Assembly (NCBI GenBank): GCA_030141605.1
Contig: JAQGDQ010000001.1
Location: 2,666,001 to 2,730,000 of the forward strand
Reading direction: 5' to 3'
Source: Tubiluchus corallicola
Taxonomy: Eukaryota > Animalia > Priapulida
DNA: 64,000 nt
Position numbers and translations under genes: made by a program
The notes under the pieces: generated by a model
The model's database searches: none
The model's input: the letters and a program-made list of their open reading frames with translations, nothing else
What the model was told of the DNA's origin: nothing
Shown here: positions 24,402-39,300 of the stretch, in pieces
How positions within the stretch are numbered: position 1 is the first letter of the stretch
Layout of the letters: the number at the start of each line of letters is the position of its first letter

Positions 24402-27400
24402 TTTCTGTAAGTTCACTAGACAAGTGAAGGGTCAGACGCCAGCTGGCTAGAAAGAAGTATCTTCGTTACAGTAGTTGCCATAAAGATAAACAAAAATTGT
24501 AAAGTGTGATAAAAGGCCATTGTTTTTATTTACTCACTTTCCGTTTGTCTTTTCGTCCATGCTTCCATACGGTTTTGCTGATGCTTTAACATATGTAAGC
24601 TCACTTCACTAACTTACTTGGCAGAAGCACCTACATTGGGAGAATGACAGCAGTGGTCATTCAGCAAGTACCTTGGTGTGGAGAATGAAAACAGTTCAGT
24701 GACCGTAGACCTTGAATCAAAATTGAGCTTTCTCTGTTAGTCTTCAATTTTTTAAAGCCAGGATGAACCTTTTTGAAATCTGGTAAAGTGGGAGATGCAT
24801 TTAGTATGTTAGAACAAATAGGTATGGCTTGAAAAGATATGAGAAAACATAAACTACAATGACCTTGCACTTATAAGTTTGAACATATATCTGAACAACA
24901 TTTCAATTTATTGCTCATGTTTATGTTGTAATAAAGTCTAGTATAACTAAGCTATTATAATTATAGTATTACATAATAATACCATTATGTAGTAATATTA
25001 ATAAAACGTTTCAGAAGTTTTTAAACTACATTTTATACAAGAAGTAGAATTTAGTGTATATACTATAACTAACTTCATGTTGACCTGAGGATTGCTCAAG
25101 TATGCAGTTTGTGTGTGTGTGTGTGTGTGTGCATGCGTGTGCGTGTGGCATGTGTGCGTGTGACTTATTACCTGCACTAACTGCACGGCAAATTGTTATC
25201 ATGTTATTATTTTACATTAATGTATGTTATATATGTGACAAAAATGAATAAAAACTAGCTAAATCAAATTGTACAAAAATTTTATTGAAAACACTAATAA
25301 GTTGAAGCTTTAATGCACTTAAAAGGTTCATTAGTTTATTTTTGCCAATTAGATCATGCTAAATTACACTAAATACTGAATCAGCATTTGTATTAAATCA
25401 TCCAGTAGATAGTTCAGGTTTCAAAAATTAATTTCGAGACACCTGGCCAATTGCATAAAGCCATTTTACAAACATTACGTGCGCTCTACATTATACATAT
25501 ATAATATATACTTTCGTCGTATGATTAAACGTTCTCGGCTCCTGGTCTAATGTGCTTTGATCATAGCTTTAGTCTTTGTTGTGTTACTGCAATACGATTT
25601 ACGTGTTATCATGCGTGATGCTCTATTACACCTGAGGCACTGAAAATGCACACAATATGAGTATTGTTGTAGTTTTCAATGTCAGACTGGATGTAGGTCA
25701 TAAAGAATTCAGCCAGAGCAAAAGAAAATTAATACTGTATGCAAGTTACGGAGAGATTTGGTTTATTCCTATGTAAATAAATTCAGGAAGAGTTTTATCA
25801 TTGACAGTAATCAAGTTCTTACTTTCTGCATGGTCCACGATAATTTATGTTAAATTATGTGTGCAGTCTTCGTAACTGGAATTTACGAGAAAGGCTCAGA
25901 ATCCAGAAGAAAACTGAAATTTTTGCATACCAAAACATGGATGTTTGAGTAAAACGTTGGCCTCAAACGTTTCAGTATGTTCAGTAGGCCCAGTATAGGC
26001 TTACAAATGCGATAGAAACTCTTTGAGGTGGTTTTTAATGAATGCGGTTCTATTAATCGAACAAATGACAAAATTTGTTTTCATTGTATGGTTTAATTAG
26101 CTAATTAATCCATTACTTAATTACATGGAGCAATGCCGTTACAATGCAATTATGCATAATCAGAATTTACAATAAATCAAAGTTTCAAATACACGCAGGC
26201 ATGATCTTATGAAAACAAATTTTATCGGTTTTGTAATTAGCATTGAACAGTCGAAACTGTACAATAACCAAGTAAGATCGTCAATTACTGCATGACCTCC
26301 CTCCATCAGTAGCGAAACATTCTCACTAAAGCTAGATTTTAACACCATTTCATCGCATCATTTCATGAATGTCACACACTTATCTTTTTGGCAGAAGATG
26401 TCATCTGTACTGTCGTTACATTTTCGCAGTTAACAGTCACAGCGTCCAAGACTAAATTTTCCGGGGTTGGGGGGGGGGGGGGGGGGCTGGTTTGTGAATG
26501 TCTAAACCGCGACCGAATTTGATTATCCAATTTGTGCTTAGCCCTATTTCATGACAGTGGATAGTTCGGGAATACTGCAGGAACAAATTCACCCCTCTGT
26601 TTAGATTTAGTTTCAATTCTTGTAGTTTCATATTGTTTAGTTTCTCACTAGCAGTTCGCGAAAGCGGTGAAAGTCGTATATCTGATGTGGTTCGAATGTA
26701 CTGATTGCTGATTTCCACAGACAACAGTTTCGTTGAATAAGTGATCTCAGTTGGAACCTGACGTCATTGCTATTTTTATTTGTTCATGACACGATTTCGC
26801 AGTATACAGAATTGAGGGACCTGGAAGTGATCCAACGGGCGAAAATCACAGTTGCTTTAACTACCATTCGTTAGTGTAACGATACATTTAGTAATACGTG
26901 AATATATTGCACCATGATCCATTCTTACCGTCACTTCTATCTTGCATACAAGCTTACGTTAAAGGCCCAACCATTTCATTGCCCCCAAGGTCTGTTAGAA
27001 GGATTTTTGAGAATTACACTGAATTTCACTCTGCTGTTTCATTTATAACCTGACTTGTAACTGACTTTTTTGTTACCACATTAATGCTAAAATAGAGATT
27101 TTCTTTTCGCACTCGTATGGTGCTAAAAGGACACATTGTTTACTAAAGCATAACATTGTATAGATAATCCATACCCGAAAGCAGGTAAATAATGCAAAGC
27201 AACTGTAAAATGAATTTAAAGTTTCATGAATAGAATTCTGTAGAAATCAATTTGCTGCAACATGTATAGCCTATGCATATTGTGGATTTAACATAGAGGT
27301 TGCTTAGATATCGTTTGTTTGCCCAGATGCCGTCAGTGCAAACTGACAAAAGGGCGTGGTTAGTTACATACATAACGTTTCGTCCAGTTGTGTGTGTCTT

Positions 27401-30075
27401 GTCGCACATCGTTGTGCCGACCGACCGGTTCTAAAGGCTTTTTCCGCAAAAAAATCTCGTAGAATATTTATAGTAAACAAATAAACCAGCTGTCAATAAT
27501 AACGCAGATTAATTCTTAACGACAAATATAGTAACTATGAACAAAGTAATCACACTATTTCAAGGAAACGTTGTGCCCTTTCTTTTCCATTGTGTTTTTT
27601 AAATGTGGGATCTTTATTCATTGTCTGTCAATAAATCATCTCGTGAAACCACTTACTATTTCACTATGTTTCGTTTCAAGACTTGACAATGTTAATTTGA
27701 GCAGACGTGAGGATCAAATAGCTATTCTTACATCGTGCTCTAATCTGAAAAATATCTGGAAAAAATTTTGTGATTTCCGTATAGGTGACCTCTGCATAAT
27801 CCCGACCAAATCGATAAAAGTTCGCATTGTCGAAAGTTTTATATCTGTGTATTTACTGAAACTGTTCAAATAAAAGCCAAATAAGAGAATTTCAATAGGT
27901 TTTCTTCGCTGACTTCAAAAGCGACACAAATTATATTTGCAGGAACTAGATATCTTGTTATATAGCTTACTGATAATTTGTTTTTACTATTAATTAAATA
28001 ATTGTTAACAATTATATTATATCTTTTAAACGGTTGTGATAATGTTTAATAGCAAGTTTTGATAATTATATGGGCTTATATTTAATTTCGTTAAAAATGC
28101 CTTATTTTTAATAAGGTATAATAGCTTTAATTTAGCCTGGCAACAGAATTTACTTGAAAACTGCCGTTGGATGGCGCTATCTCTCATCGCAAACATCGCT
28201 AGATTTCTATACTACGAACAAGTTTGGAAGCGGTGCTGACAAGCCATCGGCATAGCAATGTCTATTTTTCCCTGGATTAACTGTTGTGTTTGCCGGTCTT
28301 GCGGGCAGATTTTTTCTCTAATTTTAGAATTCTGCTTGCCCAATTTCAACAATAGACGTAATGGGCTTTTGGTGGTGATGATGCTTAATTATGCTTAATG
28401 CTTAAATGACCACTGACAGTGAATACTCGAAAAAAATTTTAGTGTTTGTGATTGAATGATTTTTACAAAGTCGCTTCATGTAATAATAATTAGTGAAGCT
28501 GGAGAAAATATAACATACGTACATACTTGTAAATATGATAATTCTGCCCGTTTACTCATAAAAGCCGCATACGTATCAATTGAATCAGCTATTTACGACC
28601 TCGATTTTTTGCATTAAAAACATTACATTCATTTTTGCATTTATTTGTTGGCTCGACCAGTATCCCACCGCGCAGCATTCAAACGTGATGGCCTTAAACT
28701 GAGGTATCAATGTCATGTAGCCTATTTATTATTTCAAGACACGTTCAATCAAGAAGGCGGTAATAACATTAAAATTTTGCTTACGTAAATGACCTCGGAT
28801 TATTACGTTTACTAATCTTCACCGCACGTATCTGCAATAATATAAATAATAGCTACTGCTTGTGAAGAATACAAAAGTAGGAATAAAAGTTCAAAGCATC
28901 AATTTTTCGGGTATAGGTTCCTTTGCATGCATATATATATATATTAAATAAACAAACTTAATAACTAATGAGGTTGTCTGTCCAGTAACTGTCAATCAGT
29001 ATTTATGGATACTTTTTCAAGCAAAATCATAGTTAGCAAACACTGGCTAAGATTTGGTACTCATGGTAATGGTCATGGTAATGCGAAATAAGTATAACAG
29101 TAATATAAAATTTTAAGTGTATTATATTAAGAGTATTATAACTCTGAGACTGAAAGTTTATTGAGACCTTCCTTTCAGGGAATTCCGTAGTTGCACTTAG
29201 GAGATAGCCCCAGAAGCAGCTCTAGGGAAAATATAAACTAGTCTATGCAGCAGTTTTAGACCTTTGAATTTTGAGAAAACTGCACGCAACAAAAGAAACC
29301 GAAAATAAATCTCACTTCTTGAACCAAGCAAAATAAAATCATGACTGTCTGCGAGTCTTGTAATCAAAACTGCTTTGACTTTCAACTATTAGCAAAAAAA
29401 CAATTAGCAAACGAATACATTTGAACGTTGCTAAAACCCACAGTCAATTGCCATCCTTATAATTTTTACTAGTATTTTAGGTCGGTTTTGACAGTGATAC
29501 TAATCTTTGCTTGCATATGTAAATATCATTATTTCATTACTATCATCTTTGTAACATCTTCTCAGTTAGAACCTGCTGCAAAATGGCGCTCTCATGTGAG
29601 ACTCTCCAGAAGACAACACTAGTTATACTACACTCGACTTGTCAGCTGAAGTTATTTCAATATTTTGACGTGTTTTCATGCTAATCACTTGGCTTAAATT
29701 TTAAAATAAAGACGTAAACGAAGGTTACGCGGAAATCCATGAAGGTCGGCTCCTATTATTTCCCTTGGATATGCGCTGTCACATGGCCATTTTCGTGTAC
29801 ACTTGTCATTAGGATGACCTTGGCGAGCAGTGCAACGACATTAGAAGCTAAAACGCCAACAAGTTGTACGATAAAGACAAATATTATGTCAAGATTTGCA
29901 TCAGAAGAGCTTGTTTCGTATGATCTTTTTGTGCTCCCCGTGTATTAAAGTTCGTTGTAATGCTTCACAATTTTGTACCTTTGTTTGCAAATTAATTGTT
30001 GCAGTGTAAAGGGATCTCTTAGCAGAGAATAAGTTATATAAGGCGTAAATGGAGAGCAAATATTTTGGCAGTAAT

Positions 30076-30207
30076 AATGATGACGATGGTGATGGTGCTG
30101 CTGCTGCTGCTGATGATGATGGTGGTGGTGCCGCTGCTGCTGATGATGATGATGACAAACGACGATGACGATAATTACAGTGATGATGATGACGATGACG
30201 ATGATAA
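30076..30207. repeat. Compound trinucleotide repeat (GAT/GGT/GCT/GAC)
   Basis: Direct reading; explains ORF 29901-30299. Confidence 0.85.
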
Positions 30208-31016
30208 CAATGAGATTGGATAGGTTCTACCATGTGAGGGGCTATTTTTAGAAAAGCATGGGTATGGTAATCCGTCAGTCTGAATAACCTAGCCGTCAAG
30301 TCGTATAGCCAATGTCAGAATTTAGAAAAATGAGTGAACTTTTATTAAAGACAAATGAGAACATAAAACAAATGACCTTTTGGAAAGCATATTAGTCTAG
30401 CCATATATACTTCCTACACGCAACAGTCTTCAGCTATATAAAACAATCAGTTGCCGGAGGAAAATCTTTCAATGTCAATGTTATAATAATATTCTCTCAT
30501 TATAATTCCACTTGCACAAGTTATGCCCTTAGAACCGTGACAGCTTTCACTTTCTGTGCACACAAATTATTGTCTTGGCTGCTTCACTGTTTTAGCGATT
30601 AGAGCTGACCTATTTTTGCAAGTGCTTAGCCTAAATAGGACACGTTAATTTCACTTTTCCATTCTCTCCGATTAGGCGAGTCGCAATAGAATTTCAAAAG
30701 CGAAGGCTAACCCTGTGTCAAGTTACGGGCAGATAATTAATATGTTGGTATGTTATATCCGAGTTCTGTCGTTAGACTAAGAAGAGCATGTGCACATTCA
30801 TCCGGTACGCGATGGCGGTGTCACTGCAAGATCATCTGAAAGGCTCCAATGCAATTCTGGCATGGACGCAGTTTAGTATACGTACAATAAAACAAACCAT
30901 TGTCGAGCATGCTCCGTTCTCCTTAATATGGAGTATCTTATTCGCAAATTTAAATAATTTGTTTCATCACATTCGCCATGGCCAATCTGCATACGTTATT
31001 GTGTATCTAGCACGCG

Positions 31017-31232
31017 TACATACATACATACATATATACATGCATACATACATACATACATACATACATACATACATACATACATACATACATACATACA
31101 TACATACATACATACATACATACATACATACATACATACATACATACATACATACATACATACATACATACATACATACATACATACATACATACATACA
31201 TACATACATACATACATACATACATACATACA

Positions 31233-31294
<62 letters not shown>

Positions 31295-31348
31295 CATACA
31301 TACATACATACATACATACATACATACATACATACATACATACATACA
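31017..31348. repeat. (TACA)n tetranucleotide microsatellite
   Basis: Direct reading. Confidence 0.97.
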
Positions 31349-34300
31349 AATTAATATATATATATATATATTACGTATATATATGTTTTGTGCTTCTTCG
31401 CGATTATGCACCTCTTTATTTATCACACCTATGACAACTTTGGCATTTTCTATTCGTCCGCAATCCACAGCAAGATATCTGTATGTATCTGGAAACATAT
31501 ATTGTTTGGGTTTAATAGATGTAAAGAAAATAGGCAAAAACACAAAAAATACACTAATATTTCAAATGCAATAAACTTTAAAAAAGCAAACTTAGCCTCG
31601 TTAAAGAACACCTGGAAAATAAAATTACAAGCAAGTGCAAAAATAATATCATGTAATACCTAGCTTGTTTAGATCAAAAGCAAAATATAAAGGGTGAAAT
31701 AATCAATAGAGCTTTGCATTACAATGGAATTTCGTCTATCTTACACAAGAATAAGCAGTGACTGAATAGTCAAAGTTATTTGCCGAATTCGTGCTGCAGA
31801 TAATCTGTTCTCTTTTTCACAAAAAAGCTGTATAGAACGTGTGTCTGTTTACGCGCTCAATACTGTATAGTATGCTGTAAAAATGGCAGAACAATCTAAG
31901 GATCGCAATCTCGCCTCGGAATTGTATATGATATCAGAATTGTGGACAATTTTGGCGCTTTTTTATTAATGTTCCTGAGAGGACGGAAATTTTGACATCT
32001 GGTCACTGATCAACTTAACTCTCCAACGGTAACTGAAAATTGTTTACCTGTACCTAAGCAGTATTTTCGTTAATCAGAATCAATAACTGGTTCGGAAATA
32101 CTAGTGGATCGTTTCTCCACTCCTAGACATAGGAACTGTAGCTCTGAAAGTACTGAAAGACTAAAATTCAAAAGACAAAAGAAGAAATTGAAATTAAACG
32201 AATCGTGCCAGTAAAGCTTAAAGAAATGAACTTAATAGTAAATGAAAGCAAAACTAGGAATTTTACATCAAACATAAAGGCGACTTGAGGAAGAGGAGGT
32301 AAATTGCTCTCGTGGATGGATTTTGCACAAAAAAGACCTCAATAGAACATTTTTAGTTTTGAGAGGTGCTTCATCACGGAGAGTTGCAAAAGAACATACC
32401 GTTTGGCGGCAGAAGCTGGGCAGCGTAATGTCGTTGGACATTACATACACGTTAAATGATGATTATATGACAAGTGACTGTTTTCTGTCCGACGTTAACA
32501 CTTTGTCGCCATGTAGCCGTTTATGGAATTTTTCAAGTCTGATCAGAGGCAGCTAAGTTATTCAGGAATAAAATTTGAAAAGAATTTCGCAAACATTGCT
32601 TCATGATCCCAAAGAGATCCGATCCTGTGATTTTATCAAACTGCGTGACATAGATCCGAAATTCTTGCAGTTGTTTTTGCCAAAAACGTTTAAAACCACA
32701 ATTTTCAACAGTTGTTGAAGCGCAGAATGGAGCAAATGTGTAGAGGCAGCAGCGTGTGCCCAGGTGTGTTGTGGTAACATTAAACGTAATTAGCAGGTAA
32801 GTAATTCAATGTCAAAGAAAGTGGGTCACCTAATGCGCTTTACCATTAAGAACTTGCATGAAGTAGTATATAGGGCAAACTAATATTAATATCATGACTG
32901 AAAGGAACAGGCTGGAAAGAAAAATATATAGGCAGCAAGTGTACTCTGAAAAGAACATCGTGCTCCCACTTCATTAAGTTCAGCTATTTATTAATCTGTG
33001 GGTTAGACCCTCACACTTCCCACTGCTCGCTTCAACAAGTCCGAGTTCTTGCTTTCTTATCTTTAAAATTAATTTCTGTTTTTTTTAAATTGTAAACTAA
33101 TTCTGATGTGACTTGTGCCTGGCGATTAACATTTGCTATACGATTTTTCAAGCATTTTTCTATTTGAACATACCACGAACATTCGTACATTAAAAAAACA
33201 CTGTGAAATATTGACCGCATTTTAATACAGCACTGTTTCTAGCTTTAGGCGAAATAGAGTTAAAATGCATATTAAGAGATAAATAGCAACCGCAATAATG
33301 TTTTCCGATTCTAAAATCAAAACACAAACATCTTATCTTTTAAATAGATCTTAAGTGACTAAAAATCCATTGTTAGAAAATGGTGAGGCTCCACCGAACC
33401 ATTCTTGACCAGTACAGACAACATAAAGCCAAAATATAATTGAATTTAACGGACCTTATAGAAAATGTACGCAGGCAAACAGTGCATGGGGTGTAGTCAC
33501 AGAAAATATCTCGCATCCGAAAGGATATCATGCATGTATTTTATTAAAAAAAGCACTATATAACAAATTTTATTACATTTTTATACAGAAAATCGACGTT
33601 TTCACTGCACACTTGCAATCATCTTCGAGAAGTGAAATTTTCCTAAAAACGACTGTTAGGCATGCCGTGGAAACATTGATTTTTAGTGAGTTGTTTATGA
33701 AACAGATATTGTTCTTGCCATAAAGAAATAAAAAGAATTATCATTTATGTATATTTAGTCTTAAAATTATATTCAATGTAAAAGTAGTGCATATTTAGTT
33801 TTAAAACGAGACTTTAAAATATAAAACGCCTGAATATGGCCAGTAAAGGTGGTATGTTTTTTAACAGTGTGTTAGTAACTGTGACAGTGTGTTAGTAATT
33901 TATGTTTTGTTAACCGTTGCAGAATTTTAATGGCCTATAAAGTGCTACAATTATTAACGCTTGCATAAATAATGCAAAACAAAACACAAAAATATAAATA
34001 CAAGTATTTTATGTACATAACAACAGAAAAATATAAATACAAGTATTTTATGTACATGACAGTTTCATAGTATTACTAGGGCGACTCTGAAAGCTATAGT
34101 TTCGCATGTGTGTGCCAATCCGGTCAAAGATTACAAAAAGTTCACTACTTTCACTTTCCGTTTTGCAATCAAGCAAGTGCGCAAATTAGGCCAAACAGTG
34201 GATTACGGTTGTGTTGTATGTTTTCACTTTCGTCACGCTATTGTGCTTTGGTACATCGCGGGCCGTAACTTGACTTCCGTATTTTCAAGGTCCACATGCC

Positions 34301-36349
34301 TTCAAGCAGTTACGAGCGTAATTCTCTAAAAAAAGAAACCGAAGATCCAATTCTAAGCTGAAGTAACAGTGCCTCAATCTTTTTGCATATACTAAATAAT
34401 TTACATAGAACGTAAAACTATTTGATTGTTTTCGTTTTCTAATGAGACGCAGAATTTCTGTTTTCAAATCCAGAAATTCAGTTTTGGCCCATTAAAAACA
34501 AACTTGTCCGCGAGTGGTGACAGAAGACCCAAAAGTTCACGCCTTTCTCTTCAATTATCCAAATTTCACCATAGACACAACATGACTAAATTTTGAATGA
34601 CGTTAGCGAAAGTTGCAACCCCGTCTGACTGCTTGATTAATAATTCTTGAAATCTCATTAATGAATAACACTTTGGCGCAAGAATAGACATTGTTTGCAT
34701 ACTACAGTACATCTAGCTCTGCTTTTATGTCTTTATAGAATAGGAACGGATGCGTAATTTGCATATGAATGATTGAATGTACTAACTACTGCTGCGGGAT
34801 ACATGATCTACACTATATTTATAGAAAATAGGGACTTAGATGAAACCTGGGTTATCTTGCACGCTGTATATATGGTTCCAAGCTATGTTTCCATTTTCTG
34901 GGTTCATAGTTAGTTAAAAATCAAATAAGAACCGTGCCAACCTGTTTAAATATGCCTACGTTTCTGAACAACAATCAGTTTGGCGATGTTTTAATTAGTT
35001 TAACTTAGAAATCTGGTACCAAGCTTCTTACACTTTGCCTAGGTTAACTTGATCGTGTTGTGCATAGACGCGTGAAGCTGATCTAACACTAAAATGAATA
35101 TGAAAACAAAAAAGGAGCAGACAAACAGACAAGTAAACAAATAAACAAATCATGCAAAAAACTTTGAATTGTAGCGGAACTGACTTAGTCTATCTAGCAA
35201 TTTCTTTTGCTTTTATGGTTTTTATTTTTCAAGAAAAAACACCCTGGTTTTAGAAAATAGGTTGCACTGCGAAAACAGTCCAATAATTAACAGGACAGAC
35301 AGCGTACTACACTTGCTTTACTACGAAAGTAATGAATTGTTTAAAGAAAAATATAACTTGATTTTCAAGGTTTTTCTTATTTCATTTTTTCTTTTCTCTC
35401 CACCCTCTCTTCTTGAATTTCTTGTGGAGCATACTATAGATGTTTTAATAGTACCCTCTCTTTAATACACAATAAGTTTTCTTCACCCATTTCTTACTTA
35501 TTTGATACAGGTAGTCATTACAGGTGAGCGGTAACCAACCCTAGCAGCTGCAGAGTAAAATCTAGTTCTGCTCGGTTTGAGGGTCCTGCCAGCCTTGAGA
35601 TTCCTGGATCGCCGTGAGTGAAAGTTCGGCTATTATTGTTGAGTTTGCAAGTGCCCTACTTTCTCCCAACCAGCTGTATACTGTATCTTTTGTTGTCAAA
35701 TATTTTCACCCACTTCCGCTAAATACACGCACATGATATTTATATCCTATTCCCATACATTATTATAAATTTTCATTTAATTCAATAATCATTTTTTTAG
35801 ACTTTACGAGTAGATTCCTGGATATACCGGGTTTTCTCGCAATCTGTTTTCTCCTATACATTACATGAATGATTCAGCTGTACAGTCGGTTACACTTTGC
35901 CAATGGTAGCGTAAAGTAACCTTCACCCACTTTAGCAAATTTAGGCCAGTGGGTAGATATAACAATAGAATTGTAAGATACTTAAAACTAGTTGAGGCAA
36001 ATTACTGATTTCAGTTTCACTTTTGTGATACGTCTACGCAGATGGGACAATTCTTTCACTTTCATTTTTAATCGTTTATGTCACCTTACTGGAAAGTAAT
36101 GGACCGACGCCTTTTCCAGGAATTCAGCAGTGGCTAGGTGGATTGGTCAGTTTAACGTGCAGTTAAATTTGATTTTCTCGACTAGCCGAAACTATTTTTG
36201 TGATAATCAAAAACATTTGTGCTTTGTACATTGGCTTGGATGCGTCAGATGTCTAATTCTTCGCAAAAGTGAAACTGAATTCACACAGGAATAGTCTTTT
36301 GCACCAGAGTCACTCCTCAATAATGCATTTATGACGAAATCATTTCGAA

Positions 36350-39300
36350 ATGGCTATGCAAATTCAAAACCTTCCTATGCATAATCAGATTACTGAAACT
36401 AATACTAATAACGTGCAAAACAATATCTCCAATGAGATATCTTACCAGTTTCAAAATGACTTGAATGATTACTATAGCAGCAACCGTCTGCCAACGGGAA
36501 ATCAAACGGAGTCTCTCAATGGGATGTTCATAATTCCTCCAGGAGGAAGTGGCAACACCGGTGGTGTTGATGGTGGTAACAATGGCAACGGAGGTGCAGC
36601 AGTTGTGCCAATATCTTATCCAGAGTACTCTGTTCCTATGAACCCTATCATGAGCGGGACTACAGTTTTCGACGATCTGGTCTCAGACATCAAGGATGAC
36701 ATAGATGAACTGTGCCCGGTGTGTGGTGATATCGTATCTGGATATCATTATGGACTTTTGACATGCGAGTCTTGTAAGGGATTTTTCAAAAGGACGGTGC
36801 AAAATAAAAAAGTTTATACCTGTGTGGCAGAAAAGAAGTGCACAATTGACAAGCAACAACGAAAGAGGTGTCCATATTGTCGCTTTCAGAAGTGCCTTAT
36901 TGTTGGAATGAAACTCGAGGGTGAGTTAGCCCGTAAATTGGTGTACACTTGCTGGGAGTCCATCTCGACTTTTTCCATTGGTAGGGGTTTGTGACCCTGG
37001 CAACTGTGATTTTCCTGAATTAGATACGCTCAAATTGTCTTTAGAAAAAAACAAGGCTTTAAATCTGATTTATTGTGAAAACAATCAACTAAAATTAGGT
37101 CGAACCGTTGGTTACTACAATGTAATGAGCCATACATTAGGTGCTAAACTCACATGATGCTGCAATAGCATAAACAGCAGCTCTTGAAAAGAAACCATCT
37201 TATTTAAAATTTGCGAATATCAAAATTCCCCCCTTCTCTCAAAGTTTACAAATCGAAGCCACATTATTCTATAACTTAAAGCCATTTCACTGCGGATTGT
37301 CATAAATTTTGTTATGAGTGATGGGAATCGAATGCTGTTTTGGTATAATCGACTTTTTTCGTTTTTTCTAAAATTATACAAACACTTCGCCACAAGACTT
37401 TACATGTAGCACTTTATATCACATACACCGAAACCTTATGCATTCTCAAAGCTCGGTATTAGCCATTTTTAGCATTTTTAGTGTATTCAGCTATTTTTAA
37501 CGTTTTTTTTCTTAAAGCTTGATATAAAACGTGCATAATGTAAACAAAAGAGCTAAATAATAAATGCACGTATGGCTTCGGATATATAGTAGAAGTTTAA
37601 GAAGCATAATGTGCTTGAAAAATGGAATACACAATGTTGGGTTAGCAAACCGAGGCTTTAATTAAACCTATAACTCCAAAATTCGTGGTGGACGTAGACG
37701 TACTTCGGTGTTTACCTACAATAAATAACAATCTCTTTAAGTGTGGTGTTAGGAGTGTGTAGTTAGGTGTATATATGTAGTGCACGGCATATGTAACAAA
37801 CAGGTGAAACTAACAGGTAGACATCAAATATGTGGCAGCACTTTTTCCCAATATCGTATAGCTCTCACAGTTCGCACAAGGAGCATAATAATTACTAGTA
37901 TAAGATTATTCATTGTTAAGATTAGAGTAAAAGACTAGCTTGGTCAAGTCAAGAAAAGCCTGATTTTAATGTAAAAAAGCACACTATTTTGTCAGAATTA
38001 CAAGGTTATATCGTGGGAATATTACAAAAAGACCACGAGATTTTCATTTATTCTCTTGACATAATATGTTGTGGCCACAACATAGCTATGTAATTCCACA
38101 TCATTTCCTCAACACATACTATGTTGTGCGCACTACTAACCACAGCAGTGTGTCACGGCAGCTTACAGCTATGGTGTGGTTATAACATAATGTCATGGAA
38201 ATAGCATAACAGAAGCACAGTATTCCAAGTGTCTCTTCCGAATTTTTGCGACATCCTGAAATGTCGTTTACCACTAGTTTGTCTTAGCGTGCAGGCCTGT
38301 GCTTTACCTGTGCTTGGAGCGAAGGTACAGCGTAATGATCACTGTGGTGTGCTTAAAGTCGCCACTTGGCTGTTTCTAATGATACAAGTTAAATAACGCC
38401 GAACCTGCTTAGTGAATGGATGAGCACAAACATATCTAAATGATTGTACATTAGGAACTGTTTGATATAGAGGAATCTCGGCTATCCAATCATATTATTT
38501 GTTTAAATATTTATAAGTGATTTAATTGGATAACATTGAGAAAATTGAGAAAAAGATGCACGCCCTTTTCAGGCGCTCCAGCTTAACCTATCGATTCCGG
38601 CCATCTTGATTCCTGCCTTTGAGTGCGCTTCACCCTCCTTACAGTACCAAATGCTATAGCCAACAGCTTCCAGAGTCCCGAATTGTTCTAAAGATATTTG
38701 CACAATAGCGAATTGTTAAAAAATCTAATATTGCGTTTCTTTAGCAAATGCTGTGTTTAAAGATTGTAGGACCTCTAACTTCCATATTTCGTTTCTTTTA
38801 AAAGCGCATACACACATTTTCTTTGAGGGAGTAGCTGATGCCTGCATAAATAGCATCACAAAAGTCATTTTTTTATTGTGTTGTAGCTGTGAGAGCAGAT
38901 CGAATGAGAGGTGGAAGAAATAAGTTCGGACCAATGTACAAGAGAGACAGGGCGCGGAAAATGCAACTAAAACGGCGAAATCTGGCTATGAAAATGAGTG
39001 TCTGCTCCATCAGCAATGGAAACAACCAGAGAGAATTCTATCCTCATCCAGGACTAGACATTAAACCTGATTTAATACAAATTCCACAGCTGAGCTCTAG
39101 TACTTCGTCACCTGATTCATCATCAATAGAAGGTTATCAACCAATGTTTACTTTTCTAAACAACAATAACAATAACGACGTCAAGCCCGCATGGCAGCCG
39201 AACCAGCAAAGTCACTTCGAGACTGTCACGAAGTTATTAAGCAACATCGGATCATCTAAAGTACCTCCTTTGATAAGAGAGATGGGATCCAGTGTGGTTG

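Noticed and set aside
29901-30299. 132-aa His/Ser/Ala-rich minus-strand ORF
   Set aside because: Explained by trinucleotide repeats; no recognisable domain or splice support.
30788-31543. Long ORFs with HTYI/MYVC repeats
   Set aside because: Translations of the (TACA)n microsatellite.
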